Assembly: GCF_021028975.2 (NCBI RefSeq) | Contig: NC_059430.1 | Location: 109,120,001 to 109,184,000, forward strand | DNA length: 64,000 nucleotides | Direction: 5' to 3' | Origin: Sphaerodactylus townsendi | Taxonomy: Eukaryota | Shown here: positions 11,901 through 24,130 of the stretch, piece by piece | Layout of the letters: each line of letters begins with the position of its first letter | How positions within the stretch are numbered: position 1 is the first letter of the stretch | The notes under the pieces: generated by a model | Told to the model about the DNA's origin: nothing | The model's input: the letters and a program-made list of their open reading frames with translations, nothing else | The model's database searches: none | Translations under genes and position numbers: made by a program

Positions 11901-12707
11901 GGAAGGAATGGTCTTGGTGGCCGCTGTTTGAGTGTCGTCCCCTTTCACAGTTGCTGGACAGAGGGAGCTCAGAAGGGGAGCCTGGGTGGCCGCCTATCTC
12001 TCCCATGGGTCGGAGGGACTGTCTCTTCCAGGCTTGTATATTTATGGGCTGCAAGTCGTCAACCCTTCCCCACATCTCCCCTATTCCTGAATCAGGGGAC
12101 AGCAGCTGTTACTCTTCGGACTGTTCACACAAGCACATGTCATGATGTCAGAGTTCTCTTTGATATGGTATGCTCCTGAATTCAATGGGAATCTTAAACC
12201 CACTTTCCATTTTACTTTGAAGAGAGAGTTATATGTCTATATTTAAAAGTACATGGATGGATAATGAGGTTTTTGCTCTGCAGAAATCCGTCTCGAAAAA
12301 TTAAGAGGCAAGAGTTCAAAATCACCACAGAAGCTTGAGCATTAGCAAGTTTGGGTAAAGGCAGTTAATTTCCACATTGGCTCTGCAATAGTTTGTCACT
12401 CTCGAGAGTTGCAAAAACGAGATCTCTAAGGGGCAGGAAAAGAGAAATATCCCAAATGAAATGGATTGATTCAGAAAAGGAAGCCATGGCTGGCTTTCAC
12501 TTTGCAAAACCTAAACAAGGCTGTCAACAATAGGACGTTTTGGAGGTGATTCATTCAGAGGGTGGCAGTAAGGCTAAAGTGACTTAGGGGCACCTAAACA
12601 TTACAAGCCGGATTCTCCTTAAGAATTTCTGCCAAATTCTATACCATAATGTGTGGGAGATGCGGAAAGCAGGGATGGCATTTGGCATGCCATGTTCTGT
12701 CACACCT

Positions 12708-12804
12708 TCTGTTTTCAGGTTGTGCGGCATTTAGTTCCTGATCTGGAGTCTGAGCTCTGTTTTCAGGTTGTGCGGCATTTAGTTCCTGATCTGGAGTCTG
12801 AGCT
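12708..12804. repeat. Perfect 48-bp tandem duplication
   Basis: tctgttttcaggttgtgcggcatttagttcctgatctggagtctgagc x2. Confidence 0.95.
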
Positions 12805-13434
12805 TCACTGTGCCACCCTAGGGAAGCATGGAGCAGAAGAGCAGTAGGAAAACAAACAGCAAGAGAGTTGCTCTCCCCTTCAGTTCCCCAATGTCCTTGT
12901 AGCTCTAAAGCTTGGGGAGCCAGGAACCAAGTTCATCTGGTGAAGCCCAAAAATCTGTTTGGTCTCTAAGGTGCTAATGGACTCAAATCTAGCTCTTCTA
13001 CTGTAGAACAATACAGCTATTTTCCTGAAACTATCTTCCTCAATTCTGGCACCCCTCCACTATGCAAAGGGGACATAAGGGTGTGCCAAAACATAGGGAA
13101 AGTGCCCCATTGACTATGGGGCTGACAGAAAGGAAAGTCTGAAATTAACAACCTGATAAGTGTATAATTAAAAAATATGGATTTAATGTAATTACAATAT
13201 ATAATTATTTACGTTTACAAGCAGTTAAGCGAGGAAGCAGCGATAGGCTGACAAGACTGCTTTATCACAACACTTGAGGTAACTCAAGAAATACATTCTA
13301 CCATACTAGCCCTTTAGTCTGGAATCTGTGCTTGTATTTGCATTAAGAGGTATTAATGTTAAATAAAATCTAATACTTGGAATGCATAAAATGTTATATT
13401 TGCAGCAATGTATAACCAGGCATATCCATGACTT

Positions 13435-13559
13435 TCATAGTGTGGTTCCTTCATGGCAGAGGAACTGCTGGATGAATTGCTGAGCCTTCTGCTTCTCAGC
13501 TGTACTTGGTTTGGAGTGGCCAGGGGGCGGGCGCAGCAGCAAGCCTCCAAAGATACTGC
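13435..13559 (-). CDS. INPP5B: INPP5B last coding exon
   Basis: 125 nt, SIFGGLLLRPPPGH...FIQQFLCHEGTTL*, TGA at 13435-13437. Confidence 0.92.
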
Positions 13560-14567
13560 CTGCACAGGAAAGCCAAGAACACCTGTTGATACGTTAACCA
13601 AAAAAAAAAGCAATTTCCTGTTCCCCTTCCCCTATCCTCTGGATTCAAGCAAGCAGCCAGGGAAATTGGAGCATGATGTCCTGATTATTTCAGTGCTTCA
13701 GAATTAAGATTATGGTTTGCCTTTTTCTTGTTCAAGAGCGTGTCAAGGCTTTACAAGCAAATACCACTGTCTCGCTCTTGCCGCTGTGAGGCTTCTATTT
13801 TGCTGTACTAACTCACCTCCCCCTTCCCCTACATCCTGAATGGGTTTGAGCCAGCTCCAGAATGGGAAAGAGAGGCATCCTAGTCCTTGCTCTCTCTCTG
13901 GCCCTGTATGATCCACTGGTTTTTCTTCCCTAGACTGGCCTGGCAGCTTCCCTTATATAGTATCCTGGCCCCACCCACCAGGATCTTGTCAAATTTCAGT
14001 CCCACCTCTTCCTGGAAGTGACAAAAAGAAAGTTGGTACCCACTTTCAGGGCTGTCTGTCCTTTGCTGTCTCTCCCGAGCTTTAAAGGTGTCATGCCCAG
14101 CCTCCCTCCTCTATCTTTGTCCTATCTTGATCCTTCCCAGCTGCTGGCCTTCAACTTCACCCCTACGAGCTGTTGCTGGGCTGTCCAGGTCTCAATTCTC
14201 TAGCAGCAGTAGGGGCGACTACCTGGTTGGGACCTGTCATTGCCTGCGCTGCTGGAGTGGCCACTACTCTTGGGTTCCCTGCTGCCCATTTTCTGCATAG
14301 TGGTCCTCAGGGCACTGGGTTGTTCATAGCTTGCCTGGTGGGACAGAGGCGAAGTCAGAGATGGGAGACAGCAGCGTAACCTACTTCACAATGTGAATAA
14401 AATTGAGAGAACTGTGCATACCACTTTGAGCTTGGAGGAAGATCTACAATAAAATGTAAAGCACACAAATACTTATCGGAGTTCTTCCTGTTCCTCTCCT
14501 GTCTGCCCCAACAACACTGGTAAAGACCATGTATCTAGAGGTGGCTTCCCGCATTCAGTCTCCTTAC

Positions 14568-14679
14568 CTAGAATATTTACATCCAAATGATTCTTCCCAG
14601 TGTGTCTCAGCAGCTCCCGCAGAAACGCTACCAGGTAACGGAAAACATTTTGATGACACCTGGGCAGCATAGAAATAAC
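14568..14679 (-). CDS. INPP5B: INPP5B coding exon 21 (RhoGAP-like)
   Basis: 112 nt, [24 protein letters not shown]. Confidence 0.93.
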
Positions 14680-14769
14680 CTGTGGGAGATTAGGAGCAAC
14701 TTTATTGTTGCACGCCAGTTTCCAGATTCAGGCAAGAGGTGCGTGTCTTGCTGCTCAGTCCCGCCTTAC

Positions 14770-14903
14770 CTGACTGCTCATCTTGTAGCTGTTGGCACAT
14801 TCCAGACTGTTTCTGTACAGCTTGGAGCAAACGACTGGCTCTGGAAGACTTTCTAAGAAGAGCAGCAGCGCTTCAGCCACAGAGTGGTTGCTACTAATTG
14901 GCC
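14770..14903 (-). CDS. INPP5B: INPP5B coding exon 20
   Basis: 134 nt, SNHSVAEALLLFLESLPEPV; preceded by U12-type branch site TTCTTTAAC. Confidence 0.9.
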
Positions 14904-17298
14904 CTGGAGGGGTGGGTTAAAGAAGCAGCCACCAAGATAGGCCTCCCAGCCCTGACTGTAACCAATGCTAAGCACTCCTGTCGGGATCACCTATTTGTAG
15001 TGCATAGCAAAAGGATTCAAGACAAGCGCATCATGCCAAGTGAACACATGAAGCTGAATACACTATATCAGACCCTCCCTCCCTCCAAGTTAGTATTGTT
15101 TTCTCAGACTGGCAATAGCTCTCCAGGGTCTCAGGCAGAGGTCCTTCACATCACTTACTGGCTAGTCCTTTTCACTGGAGATGCCAGGAGCTGAACCTGG
15201 GACCTTCTGCGTGTTAAGTAGATGCTCTGCCATTGAGCCACAGCCTCTCCCTTCCCCAATGAAGCTGTGTCTTTCTCTCAAAAGTACTCTGGATCCTCTT
15301 TGTCCAAATCAGAGTGTTGAAAAACAATAAAGAATCATGACAGGCAATAAGAAATTTAATGGGAAAAGGATTGCCTGATATGTCATGAAGCACTCCCCCC
15401 CGCCCCGCCCCCCAGCAAATTAAATTTATGCAGTGGTCTGGACTCTAGAACTCTAGATCTCCCCTATAACAATTGAGTATTTATGCTGGAAGAGAGAATT
15501 ATGGGTATGGCAGACTACCTCCACAAACCCCACCCCCACAAGTAGGTTCTGGATTAAATCAAATCTGAATTTTCCATAGAAACTGAAATGGTTAAACTGA
15601 GGCCATCATACTTTGGACATTTCATGAAAAGACTCACTGAAAAACACAATAATGCTAGGAAAACTTTAAGACTGTAGGAAAAGAGGAGGAACCAGCATAA
15701 GAGGGATTGACCCAACAAAGGATGCCATATTCTCCAGTTTGTAGGACAGCTAATGATATGGTATTTTGAAGGCCATTGATTCATAAGGTCACTGTTATGT
15801 TGGAAGCAACTTGACATCACATAGCACACAAACAAATAAAGGGACTTTACACATTTATATGCACCTCTGTGCTGTAGTAGGACATTCAGGCAGCGCATCG
15901 TATGTTAAAATGTGTGTGTGTGTCAAGTGCTGATAAGTCGCAGCCAACCCCTTATGGTTTTCAAGCCTGGAAACTAACACAGGTGGTTTTCCATTGCCTT
16001 TCTCTGCATAACAACTCTGATATTCGTTGGTGGTTTTGTTACCAGACCGATCCATGGTGGGTTGGGAGAGCCCCATTTTCCAGCTCCACCCTTCCTACAA
16101 ACCCTTAGTGGGATGCCTAGGAGTGTCTTGCCAAAATGGGGAGTCCATTCTCTGCATTGGCTAGTGTATCCACAAAGACAGTAAAATCTTGTCTGGTCTT
16201 GCCCCTGCCTATATCTGCCTTGCAAATAGCCTGCCACTCCCTTCCTGAAAGGATTATAGCAAATACAATATCCCCGCCATGGAACCTAGCTTCCCATTTC
16301 CAGCCCTGGAGTATCTGCCTAACTAAGACAAAGCACGTGCTAACATATTTGACTCCAGTGTTCCTGACAGTACTACACTAATTCAAACACCTGACTAACT
16401 TCTCTCTAAAGACCGCCTTATTTGCATTTCGCATTGTTTTGCAGCTGTGATTGAGTCACTCCCTGGCCTGGCCCATTAATGTTAAGTGCCAAACGTTAAT
16501 TTTAATTACTTCATCCATCAACTTGAGTATCACCACTCAAGTTGATCATTTCACTCTTGTCTTTCCTCAGAAGGGCAAGGTTCCACTTTGTCTTAGGAGA
16601 TTAAGTCTCTTTGCATCACTGGTTAATCTCCTAAGACTGTTTCTCTCTATAAAATAGCCCCCCTCCCAACACTCAATGCCCAGTATTCCAAGCCTACCTT
16701 TGGGTTCAGTTGCACTGAATGCCACCTGCTTTCTACCCTGCTTCCTTGGAGCCCAGTGCAGGTTGCTGGACTCTGCTTCATGAACCCAAAGCCACTTCAA
16801 GATCTAGTACAGTATTACCCCTAAGAATTCCCCCAGTTCCTCCGCTATTCCCAACCTATCCTGTCAATGCTTTCTATATTCTAGGACTGTGTGTGTGTTC
16901 TGCCACTTCGATTATTGCGTGCTTGTATTTTTATTATTTTTCCTCTAATAAAATTGCTAAACTTATTTTAATCTCCTGTGGATTTCTTGCAAAAGCAACG
17001 TTTTGTATACATAGGCAATAAAGATTCCAAGCTTGCCCGACCCCTCGTTAAGCCAAGAATCTGCTCTCACTAATTCCCCAACTCTAAAAGGGACAAACTC
17101 CTACGATTTTGGATAACAGTCTCCCATCCAAATACTTATGAGGGCTGACCCCGGTTAGCCCTGATATCCAAAGAGATTGGCCTAGCATGGGTCATCTATA
17201 ACATTTTAACATATATGTTAAAATATACAAACAATAAAAGACATAGTCAAGACTAGAGAAGCAGAACAGGCGTTTGAAAGACACTTGTCAAAGGATAC
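14904..17298 (-). other. INPP5B: U12-type GT-AG intron of INPP5B
   Basis: 5'ss GTATCCTTT; branch TTCTTTAAC ending 12 nt before the exon. Confidence 0.88.
15560..15800 (+). mobile_element. Degraded RTE/BovB LINE 3' fragment; another near 61360-61510 (-)
   Basis: aaactgaggccatcatactttggacat...aatgctaggaaaa resembles BovB ORF end. Confidence 0.55.
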
Positions 17299-17383
17299 CC
17301 AGTTCATCCAGTGTCCCTGTGTCCAACCAGTCACGGATTTGTTCAAACTCTGCCCGCAGGCCTGGTTGTTGAAACAGGTCTTC
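17299..17383 (-). CDS. INPP5B: INPP5B coding exon 19
   Basis: 85 nt, EDLFQQPGLRAEFEQIRDWLDTG; donor GTATCCTTT (U12). Confidence 0.93.
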
Positions 17384-17542
17384 CTGCAAGAAAGGTATAT
17401 AAGCAGCTACATCATAGGGAGAGATGAGAAGAAAAACAGCTGTCTCACTTCTCCAACCCTGGGTCAAGGAATATCTTCTGTAGTCACATCCAGATATATT
17501 CCTTCTCTGCACACCCTCAACTGCATGACCTTTTAGATCAGC

Positions 17543-17684
17543 TAGTGGTGGCGAACCTATGGCACTCCAGATGTTCATGGTCTACATTTCCCATCAGCCC
17601 CTGCCAGCATTTGGCCATGCTGGCAGGGGCTGACGGGAATTATAGTCCATGAGCATCTGGAGTGCCATAGGTTTGCCACCACGG
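17543..17684. mobile_element. hAT-type MITE
   Basis: Same internal core (ccagatgttcatgg...ccatgagcatctgg). Confidence 0.8.
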
Positions 17685-18133
17685 ACAGCTGTCTTACTCA
17701 GGCAAGTGCAAGAAAAGTGCAAGAAAAGTGTTGAAAACATCAATAAAGGATAAGATCAAGATATTGGCATGCTATATCATCACATGACACTGTGCAAGTG
17801 TCCTCCAGTACTACCCCAATGAATCCTAATCCTAGCTACTGCAGCTAACTACTCATGGTGGAAAGTGATGTCAAGTCACAGTTGACTTACGGTAACCCCA
17901 TAGAGTTTTCAAGGGAAGAAAAGAACCAAGGTGGTATGCCATTGCCTGCCTCTGTGTGGCACTCCTGGACTTCCTTGGTGTTCTCCTATTCAAGCACTAA
18001 CTATCCTGCTTAGCTTCCCAGATCTGACTGAGTTCAGGCTAGCTTGGGCCGCCCAAGTCAGGGGAGCTAATTACCAGCTCTGAAAGGGGCCCTTTTACAG
18101 AACATGGATATACTAACCCAGAGATATTCTAAC

Positions 18134-18244
18134 CTGCTGGCAAGCATCACGGTAGAGGCGGTCCACCATCATCCACAACTCCTTGGGGATGTCCAAGGGT
18201 TTCTCATCCTGAAAAGCATCATCTGTCGACAGCGGCATCAAGGT
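18134..18244 (-). CDS. INPP5B: INPP5B coding exon 18
   Basis: 111 nt, KPLDIPKELWMMVDRLYR. Confidence 0.93.
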
Positions 18245-18405
18245 CTAAAAGGGAGCACTGGTTTAACAGGGGCATAACTCCACTCAATGCAGCATCTCAG
18301 ATAAATAGATGTTCCTAATCTTATGTAACTCTCCCCTCTCTCCCCGCCACCAAAGTGCTGTCACCACCAGAATGGCGCACAGTTAGCTGAACAGCAGGAA
18401 CCCAC

Positions 18406-18641
18406 CAGCTCCCTGATGGCCTCTGGTAACATCTCTCGGATGGGTTCCTTCATGAAGCAAAGGGCTTGGATGGGGCACCCAAAACAACTGGTCAAGTAGT
18501 TTCCTGACACAGACAAGAAATAATCCTTGCCCCTGTCCAGGTGGAACACCAAGATGTCATCCAGCTTGTCCTCTCCAGAGTTCAAGGCTGTCACTGTTGA
18601 TTTATTCACAAACAGTTCCAGCTCAATCACCAACTTGGAAT
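18406..18641 (-). CDS. INPP5B: INPP5B coding exon 17 (ASH)
   Basis: 236 nt, [30 protein letters not shown]. Confidence 0.94.
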
Positions 18642-19157
18642 CTTGAGGGAAAAGGAAGATGCAGGTTATTCTAATCAGAGTTCAGAGTGGAGAACAGATT
18701 CTCACTGGTGCTTCATATAAACTTGTTCCAAGGTCTATTTTTGCAAGCCACTTTGATTCCCGAATAGGGAGGAAAGCAGGATAAAAATATACTAAATAAA
18801 AATAGGGAGCATAGATTATTTTGTGGGGCCAAACAGTTTTCTGGGCTAAATACCTAACCTCAGAGGACAGTCAAACCTAAAACTCTTTCATTTGATGGAA
18901 TACAACAGGCCACGCCACAATAAATTACTGGTTTCAGGTGCAAATCACCTCGCTGGTCAGAGCAGAGATTCAGTCTGCACACCAAAGCAGAGGATGCATA
19001 AGGAGTGCAAAGGGCAAGGGGTGACCTTCCCATGCTCAGAGGCTGCTGGGTTACCCTCCTGTTGAAAGCCACAGTTCCACAGGTCACAAATTGAAACACT
19101 GCATGAAGACATGTAGGCACAAAGATGCAGAAAAAACATGTACGGCAACCGAGTCAC

Positions 19158-19320
19158 CTGGTAGCAGGAAACCCTTGTTTGGTTTTGCGATCAGCCAGGG
19201 CTTGCAATAGGTGTCTTCACTGGGCTTGTTAATAAACTCGAACTGGCAGGGAACAGGACCATTGCAAATGGTAAAAGACTTCACCTGAAGCTGCAGGAAC
19301 TTCACATCCTTGAAAAGGAA
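19158..19320 (-). CDS. INPP5B: INPP5B coding exon 16 (ASH)
   Basis: 163 nt, FLFKDVKFLQLQV...CKPWLIAKPNKGFLLP. Confidence 0.93.
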
Positions 19321-19930
19321 CTGAAGGGTGGAAAGGGACAATACGTAGAAAGAATGGTCAGTGCTCTCTTGTCTTTGCCCAGAGCTCTTGGTGGCTCCCA
19401 TTTTGTCCTTCTGCTTAGCTTTTTTGTCCTTCTGCTTAAAAGCAGGGAGGCCACAAACATCCCAAAAGACCAAATGCCTGGCTCAAAACCCATGGCCTAA
19501 TATTGCCAACCACCAGATGGGATCTGGAGATCTCCTGGAATTACAACTGATCCAGACTACTGAGATCAGTTCCGTGCAGAAAATGGCTACTTCGGAGGAT
19601 GGAATCTATGGCAATAAATCCCATGGAGGTCCCTCCCCTCTCTAAATTCCAACCTTTCCAGGCTCTACCCCCTGTTTTCCAGTAATTTCATAATCTGAAG
19701 TTTGTAAACTCTACCTCTGCCAATGTTCTCCTCCAATGTACAGTCTGAAGCATCAGTTAAAAGATCTTTTGGCTAGAGTCCTCCATGGAAGGAAATGGAC
19801 CTTCCCCAGATGTAGTCCTAGACAGACTAAGCACTGCCCTTCAGATTCTCTCTCTGAGTTTTTAATATTGTCAGAACCTTTAGAAAGAGAATGTGGGGTG
19901 TGTCATGCTAGCCAAGGCAGTACATTCTAC

Positions 19931-20041
19931 CTTGCTCTTGGACAGAGTAACTGACGGGATGCTGGCGTTCTCCTTCTTATCCAAAGAGCGAACAATGTCC
20001 TCAAAGGCTTTGCGATAGCACTTCTCATCCACCACCTTTAC
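19931..20041 (-). CDS. INPP5B: INPP5B coding exon 15
   Basis: 111 nt, VKVVDEKCYRKAFEDIVRSLDKKEN. Confidence 0.92.
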
Positions 20042-21156
20042 CTGGAAGAGACATGTGGCTTCATCAGTGGACCTTTCTGGGGAGACATCAGCACAACCTG
20101 CCAGGAAAAATAAGTACCCAACAGCAAGTCTCTAGAGAAGACCAAACAACACCCACACCCAAGGAGAGCCACACTAAACAAACTGGCATGCAAATCAATC
20201 CTCTTCCAGGTTATCCTGGTTACATTTAGAGGCTGCCCACAGAATCCTGGCTCTTCTTGACTGAGACAGTGGACATATGATGGGCAGCAAAAAATGTTAC
20301 CCAAAGGGAGAGCCCAGTCTTCTAGGAGCTGGCCTTAATGAATGCATGCAGAAAGGAGAACTCCCAAAATGGGAAGATGCTTCCTTGTGCATTCACATCT
20401 GGCCCACTTCAGAGTTAGAAGCAGGGTAGGAAGAATACAGGTGCCCCTCCAAGGGTCCCTTCCCCACATCCAAGTTCATTCTTGACACAGGACGGGTGTC
20501 TGCAGGACTGGCATCAGCACACCCTGAAGTGGGGCAGCTGCCAGGACTCATGGCTTCTGGTGGGGTCCAATGCTGCCGATCCCCTGTGCTGGAAAGTACT
20601 TTGTTACCTGTGCTCCCAGCTGCACATGTTACCTAGAGCTGCTAGAAAATGTGTTAGGATTTTACAAGCGCCTGCTTCATTCAGTCAAGCAAGAGTTAAC
20701 TGCTGAAGTTACATGCCTAGAATCACATGAGCTTCTGGGAAGATCTCTCCTTTCTTCTTCCAGCAAAAGAGGACAGGCAGACACACAGTCACGTATAGAC
20801 TGCACAGACACCCAGACAGAGCGTTTGCGTAGATAAAGTTTGCCGCTCCTATATTTAGTGTAAACGCACTTGTTATCTAGTAGAGTCCTACAAAACGACT
20901 CAACGGTCGCTGCCCTGTTATTTACTCTGCTAATTCATTGCAATATCAATGAAAGGGCATGTGGGTGGGGTGCAAAGCATCAGCATTCCTATTGGCTACG
21001 GCACGGGCATTTCTAGCCACACCCACCACCTCTGAGAAAAGGTTGTGCAGTTGCAGAGATGCCAGCCTCTAGGTGGGACTGGGGGATCTGCCAGAACTGC
21101 CACTCATCTCCAGACTGCAGAGATCAGTTACCTGGGAGAAAATTGATGCTTTGGAG

Positions 21157-21291
21157 CACAGGTGTCAAACTCGCGGCCCTCCAGATGGTATGGACTATAG
21201 TTCCCATCATCCCCTGCCAGCATCATGTTGGCAGGGGATGATGGGAATTGTAGTCCATAACATCTGGAGGGCTGCGAGTTTGACACCTATG
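21157..21291. mobile_element. hAT-type MITE nested in an older element
   Basis: Terminal inverted repeats; TSD CTTTGGAG; interrupts a ...ctggcaaccct-family repeat (about 21060-21377). Confidence 0.8.
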
Positions 21292-21588
21292 CTTTGGAGG
21301 GTAGCCTCTATGTCAGGTACTCCAGTGAGGATTCTGTCCTCCGCAAGCACCACCCCCAACCTGGACCTGGCAACCCTATCCCACCACTTGTGGCCAGGGG
21401 GAATAAGGGAACCCTCTGCAGACAGTGTGGGAAGCTATTACTGAAGGTGACAGGAGACATTACAAATGGGCAGGAGAGCAATGCACAAGCAAGCAACGGC
21501 ATATGGGTGGGTAGGTAAGAACAGCAGTCTGGCAAGGGGCATAGGTGGCCCCTGGGCACTCTTTACTCAACCTGGAACTGGTGCCTAC

Positions 21589-21724
21589 CCCAACATCAAA
21601 GACTGCACTGACAGGCTTGTGGTCACTGTTCTTCAGAGTCATGTGGCTTCGGTAGCTCAGCTGAGAGACGGACTTTCCTCTCCAGAGAATCCGGTCACAC
21701 CAGGCTGGGACACGACACTTCTCA
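21589..21724 (-). CDS. INPP5B: INPP5B coding exon 14 (catalytic motif II)
   Basis: 136 nt, [14 protein letters not shown]...[13 protein letters not shown]. Confidence 0.95.
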
Positions 21725-22195
21725 CTGCAAGGGAAATGGAGAGGGCGGGCCCGCCACTATCAGAAGCCATTTTGCAGCTCAATTAAAGGAAGCCTCCCTC
21801 TCCTTTGGCTGTATAGTCCACACCTCCCTATCATTGGTCTGCAGCATGAACACATGTAGGAAGTCTGAAAAGCAATCAGAGCCATAGGTGCCCCATGCCG
21901 GCTTCTCAGACTAGCCCTGGTGGAGATGGAAGCACATTCACACCTGTGTTTGAAACAGCACCGCTCAGATATGCTAAACCACTCGCTGAATCTTCTGTTA
22001 CTAGGGGAGGCAGATCATATGGCTCATTGGTCCCAATGGCCCACAGCTCGATACTAAAAGAGGAAAGATATATTCCTACTCGGGGGAGAACTGTGGCTCA
22101 GTAGGAGAGCCCCTGCTTGGTATCTAGAAATTCCCAGGGTCAATCCCCAGAACCGCTAGTTAAAAGGATCAGGTAGTGAGTGATGTGACAAACCT

Positions 22196-22343
22196 TAGGG
22201 GTCTGCAACCTGTGGCTCTCCAGATGTTCATGGATTACAAATCCCATCAGCCTCTGCCAGCATGGCCAATTGGCCATGGTGGCAGGGGCTGATGGGAATT
22301 GTAGTCCATGAACATCTGGAGAGCCACAGGTTGCAGACTCCTG
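22196..22343. mobile_element. hAT-type MITE
   Basis: Same family as 27851 and 37251 copies. Confidence 0.85.
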
Positions 22344-23481
22344 CCTTAGACAGACCCTGGAGATCTGCTTCTAGTCTGAGATGACAGACCTTGATAAACC
22401 AATGGTCTCTCCCAGTAGAAGACAGTTCCAGGTGAAATTCAAAGCAAAGTGGGCGATGCTGGGAAGATCAGAGGCAATCCCCCAGGTCACTGCCAATTAT
22501 CTCAGCCTTTCCAGATTGGACAAACATGTATAAAACTATATGCAGAGTCATTAATCTTGAATGTTATTTCTCTGGTGAGTTTTCAGTGGCCCTGAGAGGA
22601 TCTCTCTGACATAAAGAAGGTTGCTTTTGAGGCTGCTGTGAGGGAGTTCCTGCTTCTTACTGAGGAGATGCACAGCCCTTGCAGCTGCAGCCCTGACAAC
22701 AGCTGACTCACATGTGGCTACAGTCAGGGGAGACATTCTTAGCTCTTTCCTTAAAGTTTGTTTGTAAGTTGAATGGAAAGGCATTGGTAAGGCTTTGCTG
22801 TTTGTGGCTATTGCCAAATTCTGATTGACGCCTTCCCTGTATGAGAAATGGGGCTGTATTACCAGCCAGATCATCATGATGGATGCTAGCAGAAGGGGCA
22901 TGGTAGTGGCTATCACTGCTAATTTTTTTTGGTTGGAAAGCTATAGGCACTCTTGGACTGGCTAATCTGAATGCGCATGTGATGTGGATGCCACTGTGGA
23001 GGAAACTGCCTGTTTCATTTCTCTGGGCAAAATTAGGCAAAGTACACCACCTGGGTATAAATTTTTTACTGATAATCTGCATAGGACAGGCTAGCCCAAT
23101 CTTATCAGAACTGGCAAGCTAAGCAGACTCCGGTTTATGCTTGGACGGGAGATCACCAAGGAAGTCCAGGGTGGCAAATCTCTTGTGTGGGATGCCTTAG
23201 ATCAGCTGAGACTCAACAGTACTTTCCACCACCAGTAGTCAATTTGGTCTGCTGTCGTGTAACATTGTTTATTTCCAATCAGTGAGTCTAGTCACATCAG
23301 ATCTCAGAAGCTAAGAAGGGCTAGCCCTGCCTAGTACAAGGAAAGGAGACTACCAAGGAAGTCCAGGGTTCCTATGCAAAGCAGGCAATGGCAAATCACC
23401 TCTGGTCATCTCTTGCCTTGAAAACCCTATGGTGACTTGATAGCACTCTCCACTGGCAGAGGGCTCCTGTAAACACTAGCG

Positions 23482-23659
23482 CAGTGGTTCTCAACCTGGG
23501 GGCGGGACCCCTTTGAGGGTCGAACGACCCTTTCACAGAGGTCGCCTAAGACTCTCTGCATCAGTGTTCTCCATCTGTAAAATGGATAAATGTTAGGGTT
23601 GGGGGTCACCACAACATGAGGAACTGTATTAAAGGCATTAGGAAGGTTGAGAACCACTG
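23482..23659. mobile_element. hAT/Charlie-like MITE
   Basis: TIR CAGTGGTTCTCAACCT...AGGTTGAGAACCACTG. Confidence 0.85.
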
Positions 23660-24020
23660 CTCTAGTGGGAAAGGCCAGCCACCCAGCACCAGAGCTATGC
23701 CTTTCAAGACACAGCATTTGTGCTTTTGTCTTTCAAAATCCACCTTCCCTGCCCCCACCTCCACACGCATCTTTTCCAGGACAGCACATGCTTGCTTAGT
23801 GCTTCTTCTCCAGAGCATTCAAACTTCTAGATTCTGACTGGGTGCAGGGACTTGGCAGTCATGTTAGGACATCCCTTCTTCTACTTTTCCTGTACGAAAC
23901 ACTGCAGTGACTCAGAGTCTTGATGACCATCTTTTGGCCTTTCTCACGTTTTGCTTTTTGGCTGGAGGAGGAGAAGGCAAAACTGAAGGAACAAAACGAG
24001 CAAATCGCAGCACTGCCTAC

Positions 24021-24130
24021 CTGTCGTCCCAGTCATCAGAGCCTGGGTTGTATTTGTAGGTTGGCTGGAAAGAAATGTCCCCCTCCCTGAAGCCTTCAAA
24101 GACCACCTGGGCACCCAACTGAATCTTCAG
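24021..24130 (-). CDS. INPP5B: INPP5B coding exon 13
   Basis: 110 nt, FEGFREGDISFQPTYKY. Confidence 0.95.

Noticed and set aside
11481-11948. 155-aa ORF over the MTF1 promoter
   Set aside because: Stop-poor GC-rich CpG island; only the uORF part is supported by splice signals
12708-12804. CRISPR-like repeat
   Set aside because: Eukaryotic DNA; two adjacent units with no spacer
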